Virus record (IMG/VR): IMGVR_UViG_3300028920_000203
Location: 1-30,218 of that record
DNA: 30,218 nt
Origin: a virus
Taxonomy: Duplodnaviria > Caudoviricetes
Strand: one strand, 5' to 3'
The translations under genes were made by a program, and so were the position numbers. Shown here in pieces: positions 8,024-15,340 of the stretch. Position 1 is the stretch's first letter, and every line of letters begins with the position of its first letter. The notes under the pieces were generated by a model that did not search any database, was not told where the DNA came from, and worked only from the letters and a program-made list of their open reading frames with translations.

Positions 8024-8109
8024 TTTAATTCACTCCATTCTACTATCATAATTGAAAACCAAACAATCGCCAAAGCTAAAAACAATGTGTGCATTTTCCA
8101 TAAAAACAT
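8020..8109 (-). CDS. 29-aa hydrophobic peptide MFLWKMHTLFLALAIVWFSIMIVEWSELK (not in ORF track)
   Basis: Strong AAGGAGGAG RBS; ATGA overlap with the next gene. Confidence 0.7.
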   Translation of the reverse strand: MFLWKMHTLFLALAIVWFSIMIVEWSELK

Positions 8110-8152
8110 TTTGACTCCTCCTTTGTCCCCGAAGGGAGAATTGTTTATAATC

Positions 8153-8170
8153 AAAGAGCCTTTCGGCTCT
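8153..8170 (-). terminator. hairpin terminator or attenuator overlapping the stop codon of the 50-aa gene
   Basis: AGAGCC-GAAA-GGCTCT followed by TTGATT (weak U-tract). Confidence 0.6.
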
Positions 8171-8321
8171 ACCACTCTTTATTCATTTGAGTTTTTATAA
8201 TTTGTTTAACTTTTGCTATTTGTCTATCTGTAGGTTGTTCTCCGTAACAACTTTTTATAAATTCAACTGCTTCATCAACTGTTTTTCCATCGTAGTAACA
8301 ATTCAGTAATGCGTTTTTCAT
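8169..8321 (-). CDS. 50-aa orphan protein MKNALLNCYYDGKTVDEAVEFIKSCYGEQPTDRQIAKVKQIIKTQMNKEW (not in ORF track)
   Basis: Translated by hand. AAAGGAGG RBS, own promoter and downstream hairpin. Confidence 0.8.
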   Translation of the reverse strand: MKNALLNCYYDGKTVDEAVEFIKSCYGEQPTDRQIAKVKQIIKTQMNKEW

Positions 8322-8365
8322 TTGTGTTGCCTCCTTTTTGTTTGTGTTCCTTATCTCTTGTCTTT

Positions 8366-8416
8366 ATTATATACCACAGTATAACCGTTGTCAAACATTT
8401 TTTATACATTTGTATA
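8366..8416 (-). promoter_or_regulatory. consensus sigma-A early promoter with two palindromic operators TATAC-N4-GTATA (8370-8383 and 8403-8416)
   Basis: TTGACA (8394-8389), 17-bp spacer, TATAAT (8371-8366); A-tract UP element; two inverted repeats 33 bp apart. Confidence 0.85.
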
Positions 8417-8427
8417 GATTTTCACGT

Positions 8428-8450
8428 AAAAAAAGAAGCCCGGAGGCTTC
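8428..8450 (-). terminator. intrinsic terminator ending the late/lysis operon
   Basis: GAAGCC-TCCG-GGCTTC followed by T7. Confidence 0.88.
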
Positions 8451-8706
8451 AAGCTTGACCTATTAGCGTTATTACAGCGCTTATTATCCCAACAATGATT
8501 GTTTTTGCAACCCATTGCATTGTTTTATCTGTCCTTGTTACTTTTTCGGATATATTATCGAGCGTACTTTCTAACTTTGTGATTTTTTCATCCTGTCGAT
8601 TGTTTGTACGCTTTATATCTCGAATATCTTGCTTCATTTCTGAAATATCTTCAACGTTTCTTCCTACAACGAATTCAATATTGTTTTCATTTACTTCAGC
8701 TTTCAT
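8449..8706 (-). CDS. XhlA/hemolysin-like lysis-associated membrane protein (85 aa, start MKAEVNE)
   Basis: Coiled coil followed by one C-terminal TM helix (WVAKTIIVGIISAVITLIG); position in the lysis cassette. Confidence 0.7.
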   Translation of the reverse strand: MKAEVNENNIEFVVGRNVEDISEMKQDIRDIKRTNNRQDEKITKLESTLDNISEKVTRTDKTMQWVAKTIIVGIISAVITLIGQA

Positions 8707-9070
8707 CCCACCACCTCGCGCGCTCTGATCTGACATCAATGTGGTAGTACGTTTCATACACCCCGATTCCTCCAAATCCGCAAAGGCTCGCAATTAAAAC
8801 AAACTGCTTGTCTGACACACCAGGAATCTTCTTTATGTCTACAGCTTTCCCGAATGTGTGCTGAGATGTTGGAGCACCTCCTATCTGCTTATTATAAGCA
8901 TCGGTCCGATAACCCGAATTTATGTAAATCGGCACCCCGAGGAAATCCCGGAGTTTCTGCAAGTTTGTCAGCAGTTTGAAATCTACATAAACGGACTTAT
9001 TCGGATCACGACAAGCAAATTCTGATAGCATAAAATTTTCTGTGAGCTGAATATCATTTATCAGTTTCAT
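8696..9070 (-). CDS. peptidase M15A (Zn D-Ala-D-Ala peptidase fold) endolysin, catalytic domain only
   Basis: NFxLSEFAC, INSGYR, SQHTFGKAVDI, GIGVYETYYHIDVR. Confidence 0.92.
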   Translation of the reverse strand: MKLINDIQLTENFMLSEFACRDPNKSVYVDFKLLTNLQKLRDFLGVPIYINSGYRTDAYNKQIGGAPTSQHTFGKAVDIKKIPGVSDKQFVLIASLCGFGGIGVYETYYHIDVRSERARWWDES

Positions 9071-9080
9071 ATTTCACCTC

Positions 9081-9944
9081 TCAATCGTTGAACATTTTCG
9101 CCCACGTAATAGGTCCTACGATACCATCTTGAACAAGATTATTGTTTGCTTGGTATCTAATTATCGCCTGTTTTGTTTTTATTCCGTAAATTCCGTCAGG
9201 CTTTGCGCCTAAAAATGATTGGACTTCTTTCACGTTATGTCCACGGCTGCCATATTTGACAAGGCCGCAATATGGTTTATTAATCTTGCCATAGACTACA
9301 AACGCACCGCCGATATATCTCTCTCCTGCCGGTCTGTTATATATACCTAAATCTGAGAAATACATTTCAGTTGATCCGCCACCATCCAAAGAGCAAGCCG
9401 TAACGCAACCTAAAGACTTCATCAATTCTGCAAGAGTGTAGGCGTTCATTCCTCTTTCGTTCCATCTACGGCCATCAACAGTCAAAAGTATGATAGAGCC
9501 GTTTATTGTTTGTCCTATTGCAGTTCGTGGGTGTCTGTATCTGTAATGCGGGAAGTAACCTTTTTTTTCTATGCGCACAGAACCATTTTTGATTAAAGTA
9601 AACCCTCCCATGGTAATCCATTTGTAGTTTGTCAAATCTTTAGGTAAATCTTCAACAACTAATTTACCATCATTTCGCAATGCTATTTCGATATAATTGT
9701 CACCGCGTGAAAAATCTTTGTATCCTTCTTTTGACAAACTCCATGAGATTGTTTCTTGTTTGGCTGATGATTGCATATTAAAAAAGTCACAATTTACACC
9801 GCCTGTTGCTTTTTGTCCTTTGACTATATCAGACAATCTTTCTAGTTTTCCGTCAACTCCGTATGTGTGTTCTATTCTATCGCCTTTATCAAGCTTCAAA
9901 ACGGAGCATGTGCTTCCAAGATACCTTTTCTGATACCTTTTCAT
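9081..9944 (-). CDS. phosphodiester glycosidase (NAGPA family) with C-terminal peptidoglycan-binding domain
   Basis: VNCDFF, RHPRTAIG, LLTVDGR, LDGGGSTEM; C-terminal GSRGHNVKEVQ..L...DGIYG..T..AI..YQ...L..DGIVGPITW. Confidence 0.9.
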   Translation of the reverse strand: MKRYQKRYLGSTCSVLKLDKGDRIEHTYGVDGKLERLSDIVKGQKATGGVNCDFFNMQSSAKQETISWSLSKEGYKDFSRGDNYIEIALRNDGKLVVEDLPKDLTNYKWITMGGFTLIKNGSVRIEKKGYFPHYRYRHPRTAIGQTINGSIILLTVDGRRWNERGMNAYTLAELMKSLGCVTACSLDGGGSTEMYFSDLGIYNRPAGERYIGGAFVVYGKINKPYCGLVKYGSRGHNVKEVQSFLGAKPDGIYGIKTKQAIIRYQANNNLVQDGIVGPITWAKMFND

Positions 9945-9980
9945 TGTGATGCCTCCTAATAGTCATTTGATGATTATTTA

Positions 9981-10274
9981 CTATTTTTTACTGTTGTTTT
10001 TCACTTGTTTAATGACTTCGTTTGAGAATACCGCTCCCCAGGCTGCAAGTATGCCATAAATCGTACCATTTACTATGACGCACTGTGTAAAGCCTTCACC
10101 AAGCGAAAGGGCAGTATATACGATTGTCAGTCCAATTGAAATGAAAAGAAGCGCAATCGGAATAGTCCAATCAGGCACATTCGGGATTTTTTTCAAGAAC
10201 ATCCCCAAGGCGTAAATCACCGCCACCATAATCAGTATTTCTTTCGGAATAAACTCAAGCACATTAATGTCCAT
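9981..10274 (-). CDS. holin (three predicted TM helices)
   Basis: LGMFLKKIPNVPDWTIPIALL...GILAAWGAVFSNEVIKQ; first gene of the lysis cassette. Confidence 0.88.
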   Translation of the reverse strand: MDINVLEFIPKEILIMVAVIYALGMFLKKIPNVPDWTIPIALLFISIGLTIVYTALSLGEGFTQCVIVNGTIYGILAAWGAVFSNEVIKQVKNNSKK

Positions 10275-10292
10275 CTTTGTTCCTCCTTAGTT

Positions 10293-10514
10293 TTATATTA
10301 TTTTATCTAAACAAATATATGTGTTACCACTTTTAATTAACAATACACGGTCATCAACAGAAGGACTTGAATAGCTTGCCAATCGGCTGACTTTATGACT
10401 TCCTGTCTCACCTGTGAATTGTACTGCAAGAGGGGATGTTGCTGTAACTGTGCCATAACGAACTATATTTTCAATGAAACTTTTAATTAACGCTGTGATT
10501 ATGTTCAGCTTCAT
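10293..10514 (-). CDS. small tail-tip/spike protein, probable OB-fold (73 aa, start MKLNII)
   Basis: GTVTATSPLAVQF...YSSPSVDDRVLLIK...CLDKI; follows the hub gene. Confidence 0.6.
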   Translation of the reverse strand: MKLNIITALIKSFIENIVRYGTVTATSPLAVQFTGETGSHKVSRLASYSSPSVDDRVLLIKSGNTYICLDKII

Positions 10515-12319
10515 AGCTCCACCACCCTCATTGAATTTGTAAACCGTGATTTCTCGCCAACCCAAGTAATGTTGTCAATTCGGCAAAGCGAATCTATACC
10601 ACGGGTCGAATCTATCAGCCTTATTGTATCATAAATTTCCAATTGCGGTAATGCTGTGCCTTGAATCATGAAAGCCCTGCGCTCCGATTTTGCTTTGATT
10701 AACTCTTTTTGTGCAAGTGCTTGAGCCTTTGCAACCGTGTCGGCCTTGTCAGTTCTTATCGGTATTTTTGTTCTTATGCCTATGTTTACCGTTGAGGTTG
10801 CGCTCGTTATGTCGTCATCTGTTGCGGTGTAGCTTATCCCGGCTTCGGCGTTATCGTTTATGACTATTATCTGATTAAACACCTTGTCGCTGACCTCAAT
10901 TTTGAACTGACCGAATATATTATCTTTGCCGTATTCGATTGTATAAACCGGATCGACATAATAAACCGGACGGAATACCGGAAGTCCGCTCTTGTCAAAG
11001 TAAAATTCCCACCCGATACTGTCCGCAATATCTGAGATTGCTTGGCTTTTGCTGTCGCCTGCGTGGAATACAAGCGCATCATTGTAAAAGTGAGTTGGCG
11101 TGATGTTGGTAAAATCCGTAAAGCCTACGTCTGTTAGAATGTCCTCAATAACTTCATCAAGGAACTTCTCTGTAACGGTTACATTTGAAAGTGTGATTTC
11201 TCTTAACGCCCCGTATCCTGCAAGCATTTCAATTCTTATAGTGTCAGCCGTTGCCGAAGTAAAAGCGTGTTCAACTCTTCCTGCTACGTTTGTGACGGTT
11301 TCTATTTTTGTGTAAGTGCCTGCATTGACATAGCCTATCTCATAACTGACCGCTTCCTGCTTGTAGTCCGTCAAATTCCAATCCAAGAGGACGGTGTTAA
11401 CGCTACCACTTGCGAAAGAAAATCTCATTGTTGGCTTTGTGCTTGTCGGTAGATAGAAAGTGTCCGTATCGGCATCGTATGCGTTGTCAATAGGGTATTC
11501 TGTCTGTGATACTATTGAAATATCTGTGTAGTTTATCGAGAAATTAGGTTGGTCGTAATTTGCAATCGTGAATCTGATATACCGCACGTTTCCCGCCGTG
11601 AATGTTGACCACGTGGAGCCATCAAGCGAGGTTTCAATCGTGCCTACTGTGTCGGTGCTTGTGACAGTTATTGCCGAAACTCCGAAGGTTGCCTTGAGGT
11701 CGATTGACACATCAGCTTCAAACTTATTAGCTGAAGCGTTGGAATAAGATCCGCTCGAAACTACCTTTGTCCTAACCCCATTGATTGTTGCGTAGTAGGT
11801 TATGGTTTCGTCGTAGTCCACAAGGTCATCACCGATACCGATATTATTTGAAGCTGTTGCGCTTGTGATGGTTAAAGCCGTGTCGGTTGCTCCTGCGCTG
11901 TAGTCTTTTATGTCCGTAAAAAGTGAAGTGATAACATCTTTGCTCAAATCCCTTCCGCTTATCTCAATCAAATCAAGAGCCTTGGAAATGTCGTTCGGCA
12001 TGTCGTCAATCTTGAATACGCCGAGTTCATAGTATTCGGTTATTCCAACATACTTGGCAAAGAATTTCAGCGTCTTGTCGTACCAGTAGAAGTTATCACC
12101 GTGAGCCTGCTTGTTGAATGTGTACTCTTGGTCTTTATTGTTGACTGCCATTCGGAATGTCCGTCTGACGAATTGAGCTTCAGCCATCGCAACAGCAAAG
12201 TTTTCAATGTCAGTTAGAGTGTCAATCAGCGTATCATCAGAGTCATATATCTCGATTTTGTACTGCATGGTTTGACTTTTTGACCGCAACACATCAAGTT
12301 CAGAGGAGGAGATTTTCAT
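10511..12319 (-). CDS. tail hub/Tal-like protein with inserted putative carbohydrate-binding (discoidin-like) domains
   Basis: LGVFKID...ISGRD and GWEFYFDKSG...VFNQIIV hub-like motifs; Ser/Thr-rich beta insert with NAYDADTDTFY and RYIRF. Confidence 0.65.
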   Translation of the reverse strand: MKISSSELDVLRSKSQTMQYKIEIYDSDDTLIDTLTDIENFAVAMAEAQFVRRTFRMAVNNKDQEYTFNKQAHGDNFYWYDKTLKFFAKYVGITEYYELGVFKIDDMPNDISKALDLIEISGRDLSKDVITSLFTDIKDYSAGATDTALTITSATASNNIGIGDDLVDYDETITYYATINGVRTKVVSSGSYSNASANKFEADVSIDLKATFGVSAITVTSTDTVGTIETSLDGSTWSTFTAGNVRYIRFTIANYDQPNFSINYTDISIVSQTEYPIDNAYDADTDTFYLPTSTKPTMRFSFASGSVNTVLLDWNLTDYKQEAVSYEIGYVNAGTYTKIETVTNVAGRVEHAFTSATADTIRIEMLAGYGALREITLSNVTVTEKFLDEVIEDILTDVGFTDFTNITPTHFYNDALVFHAGDSKSQAISDIADSIGWEFYFDKSGLPVFRPVYYVDPVYTIEYGKDNIFGQFKIEVSDKVFNQIIVINDNAEAGISYTATDDDITSATSTVNIGIRTKIPIRTDKADTVAKAQALAQKELIKAKSERRAFMIQGTALPQLEIYDTIRLIDSTRGIDSLCRIDNITWVGEKSRFTNSMRVVEL

Positions 12320-15300
12320 TACTCCACCTCCTCGAATGTCAACGGAATCAGCCTAAATTCATTCGGATAGTTGACTTGCAAATCTGTTGACTCCTTGACC
12401 TTCCATTGACCGACTGAATCGTGGTGCAGAATCAAAGCGTCTGTTGTATCGAGTGCGTTCTCGAGCGTTTCCATTTCTGCTTCTGAAAATATCTGCGCCG
12501 TGAGTCTGATAATGTTTCCGCCGTAGCCTGCATCTTGTACCGTATTCTTTGCTTGTCCGAGTATGGCCCTACTTGTGACGTGTTTTCTGCGTTGCCTTGA
12601 ATATGTTCCGTATCTGATGTTGAGCGATAATCCGTCCAAGTACCAACCTGAATAAGTTACCGCATTTTGCAATGGTGTAGGCTGTGGACTCTCGTTCGTG
12701 CCTTCCTTTACCTTGACGGTGTGGTAATAATCTTTTTCTGACTCGACTTTGTAATCGGTAAAAGTGTTGTCCGTTGTCGAGTCAAGAAGCGTGAACGCTT
12801 CGGTTGTGTACCCCAAGACTGATGGCGGTATCTCGTTGTTTGTAATCGTGCCATTTGCGTATGTTTCTATTGTGTCAAAATCGTACATTGTATAGGTTGG
12901 CGTGGTAAGCTCATAGTATAGCGTTCCGCTTGCACTCGTTGAGTCTGTGCCGACTATCCCCGTTTCGACTATTCCGCCTGTGATATCATTGTACCAATAT
13001 CCGCCCGTTTTAGCGGTTGGGTAGTTCGTAACATTTACGGCTACAACTCCGACTACCGCTTCACCACTTGATATTTTGCGAGTAGTCAATCCATCGGTTG
13101 TCAATGTGTCTTGTGTTGATTTTATTCTTCTTAGCGTGATGTTTGTATCGACTGTATTTGATTCTGTTTCATCTTCTGACTTTGCGGCCACATTTACGAT
13201 GGCGTTTTGAATGTCTGTTCCTGCTGACATCGAGTGGACTATATCGAGCATTTGTGCTTCGGTGAAGTCTGCTATGCCGTATTGTGTCATGTTGATGGCG
13301 TATACTCCTGCGAGTCCGTCAACTTCAATAGTTGAATTAAGCGCATTTGAAGCAGGGCTAGCATATAATAATTGGATATATATATTCAAATCGTTATTTA
13401 AATTTTCGGTACATCGAACTTTGCCATATATATAAAACCATTCGTTTTCAACATACGACGATAATTCAGAGGCTATAAACTGCGTCCCACCACCATCTCT
13501 TAATACAAGTTTTATACTTATTGCATTGACTGCGGAACTGACAACCCTAATTTTTGCATATGCGAAAAAATAATCATCAGAAGCATATATATTTCCCATG
13601 GCTTGATATGGTCTAAAAAATACCGATGTGCCATCACCTGTTGTGGTAAGAATATTATTCAAATACGATAATGTTGAATTATATCCATCCCACCCCGTAG
13701 TCCCATCGCTAAAATCATTGTTTATGACTGCGTTGCCTACTGAAAGTCCACCAAAAGTTGCAATCAATTCCCCATCTGCGGTGTTTCCCGGCGTGATTAT
13801 AGCCGAGCAATCCTCGTCAATAGCGACCACTTCACCATCGTGACGGTAGACATTGTATCCTGTGATTCCTTCACATGTTGAAGCCGTCCATTCGAGTTTG
13901 ATTCCTGCGGTTACATCGGTTGTTGTGAGGTCGCTTACTGCGGTCATGCCACATTGGAAGAAGTGTTCGGTTGAAATCTCTGTCCAATATCCATCGTTGT
14001 CAAGAGCTTTGACCTTGATTCCGTATGTCTTGTTATATTCGAGGTCTGCTGAAATTGGAACATCATAATCAATCTCTGTATCTGTGACTTCTCCGCTGTC
14101 AAAGTAAAGATTATCGTCTGAATCATAGATAAGGACTTGATACTTCGTTATGGTGTATCCATCTAAACTTGCGGTTATGTTTGGCGTAAGTTCATCGAGG
14201 TAAACCGTCGGAGCATCTTCGTCCGTTGAAGCAGGAGCGGTGATTGTTGGTGCATCGTTGCGGGATATTATTGTGAGTTTAGGTCTGTCATCTGTATCAA
14301 TAACATATTCAGATGAAGCAAATACTTTGTAGGTATCTGCTGTAACTGCATCGTCACCTATTAAAGCTATTCCGTAGTTATCTGTAGAATTTGAAACACA
14401 CGCAGAAACATCCCATTCATAAGTTGCATCGCCTAAAACTGCTGTAGTATCTAATGCACCAGAATAAGAAGGTTTAGTATTCCATGTCACAGTAGATGCA
14501 TCAAACGCCTCTGTTACTTTGTGAACCGAAAAATCTCTGCTAGTATTGTTTGCTCCATCATATCTGACAAGAGCCATTGTTGCTGATACTATTTCGTTAT
14601 ATGCTGATAAATCCCATTTTAGCAATCCGATATATTGGTCTATTACATTTCCAACTGTTAAATCGATATCTGTTGAAAAGTTACTTGTTGGGGAATCTTC
14701 GGCAACATATGTGTCACTCGTTGCCGGTTGAATAGTTGTAGTCGGGTCAATCGTAATCGGATATACTGCGGTCTTAAGAAATTCTGCATCGGGAATAAGG
14801 CATACTGATTCGTAAGCCTTGGCTTTGTACTCTGCCTGTGAAAGTGAGATTTCAACCGCTCCACGCTTACCATCTGCATCTGTCATAAATGCTACGGTGT
14901 TGAAGTCTGCAAATTTAGTGTTTGTCTTGATGGTGAACTCATATGAATCGCGCATTGCTTCTGCTGTCTTGACGATGATTTCCTCTTTGAGTCCTCTGTG
15001 CGTTACGGTGTAGATTAGGTCGGTGTCGGGATATACATTGAGATAGCTGACTTTATTCCCTTCTGTTAGCGTTTCTGAAGGTGTAGCGTCAACCATCTTG
15101 TAGTTTATCCATTTTCCATCGTACTCGAATGATGCAAGAGTGGGATTCGCTAGGTCTGATTTATCATTGAAATAGGTCTTGAAATTGTTGGTTATATTTT
15201 TACGGTCTGTTTCCCACTCTTTAGATTCAGTTATAGCAAGTTCTACGTCCTTCCAGCCCTCTGAATCACGATAAAAAGCAGGGTAGGGGTAGATTACTAT

Positions 15301-15339
15301 AGGTCGTCCTATTTTCTTTGCGTTTTGAGATATTATCAT
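12319..15339 (-). CDS. multidomain tail-tip (evolved Dit-like) adhesin: WapA/Rhs-like N-terminus, DNRLRE domain, Fn3-like domains, CBM-like insert, C-terminal Dit-like domain
   Basis: Immediately after the tape measure gene. Motifs YPITIDPT, DTYV...PTSNF, VTWNTKP, FASSE, RPKLTI, LEWTAS...GYNVYR. Confidence 0.7.
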   Translation of the reverse strand: MIISQNAKKIGRPIVIYPYPAFYRDSEGWKDVELAITESKEWETDRKNITNNFKTYFNDKSDLANPTLASFEYDGKWINYKMVDATPSETLTEGNKVSYLNVYPDTDLIYTVTHRGLKEEIIVKTAEAMRDSYEFTIKTNTKFADFNTVAFMTDADGKRGAVEISLSQAEYKAKAYESVCLIPDAEFLKTAVYPITIDPTTTIQPATSDTYVAEDSPTSNFSTDIDLTVGNVIDQYIGLLKWDLSAYNEIVSATMALVRYDGANNTSRDFSVHKVTEAFDASTVTWNTKPSYSGALDTTAVLGDATYEWDVSACVSNSTDNYGIALIGDDAVTADTYKVFASSEYVIDTDDRPKLTIISRNDAPTITAPASTDEDAPTVYLDELTPNITASLDGYTITKYQVLIYDSDDNLYFDSGEVTDTEIDYDVPISADLEYNKTYGIKVKALDNDGYWTEISTEHFFQCGMTAVSDLTTTDVTAGIKLEWTASTCEGITGYNVYRHDGEVVAIDEDCSAIITPGNTADGELIATFGGLSVGNAVINNDFSDGTTGWDGYNSTLSYLNNILTTTGDGTSVFFRPYQAMGNIYASDDYFFAYAKIRVVSSAVNAISIKLVLRDGGGTQFIASELSSYVENEWFYIYGKVRCTENLNNDLNIYIQLLYASPASNALNSTIEVDGLAGVYAINMTQYGIADFTEAQMLDIVHSMSAGTDIQNAIVNVAAKSEDETESNTVDTNITLRRIKSTQDTLTTDGLTTRKISSGEAVVGVVAVNVTNYPTAKTGGYWYNDITGGIVETGIVGTDSTSASGTLYYELTTPTYTMYDFDTIETYANGTITNNEIPPSVLGYTTEAFTLLDSTTDNTFTDYKVESEKDYYHTVKVKEGTNESPQPTPLQNAVTYSGWYLDGLSLNIRYGTYSRQRRKHVTSRAILGQAKNTVQDAGYGGNIIRLTAQIFSEAEMETLENALDTTDALILHHDSVGQWKVKESTDLQVNYPNEFRLIPLTFEEVE

Positions 15340-15340
15340 T

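Noticed and set aside
6743-8109. Arbitrium-like peptide communication system
   Set aside because: No TPR/RRNPP receptor and no lysogeny module in the window; the peptide and protease are reported separately as weaker leads.
1999-8793. Longer upstream starts given in the ORF track (2304, 2447, 2916, 3592, 5402, 6432, 7237, 7563, 8793)
   Set aside because: They overlap upstream genes or promoters and lack an RBS; the downstream starts I chose mostly have clear RBSs and stop-start coupling.
10511-15339. Diversity-generating retroelement or invertible shufflon acting on tail genes
   Set aside because: I saw no reverse transcriptase, invertase, TR/VR pair or inverted crossover repeats.
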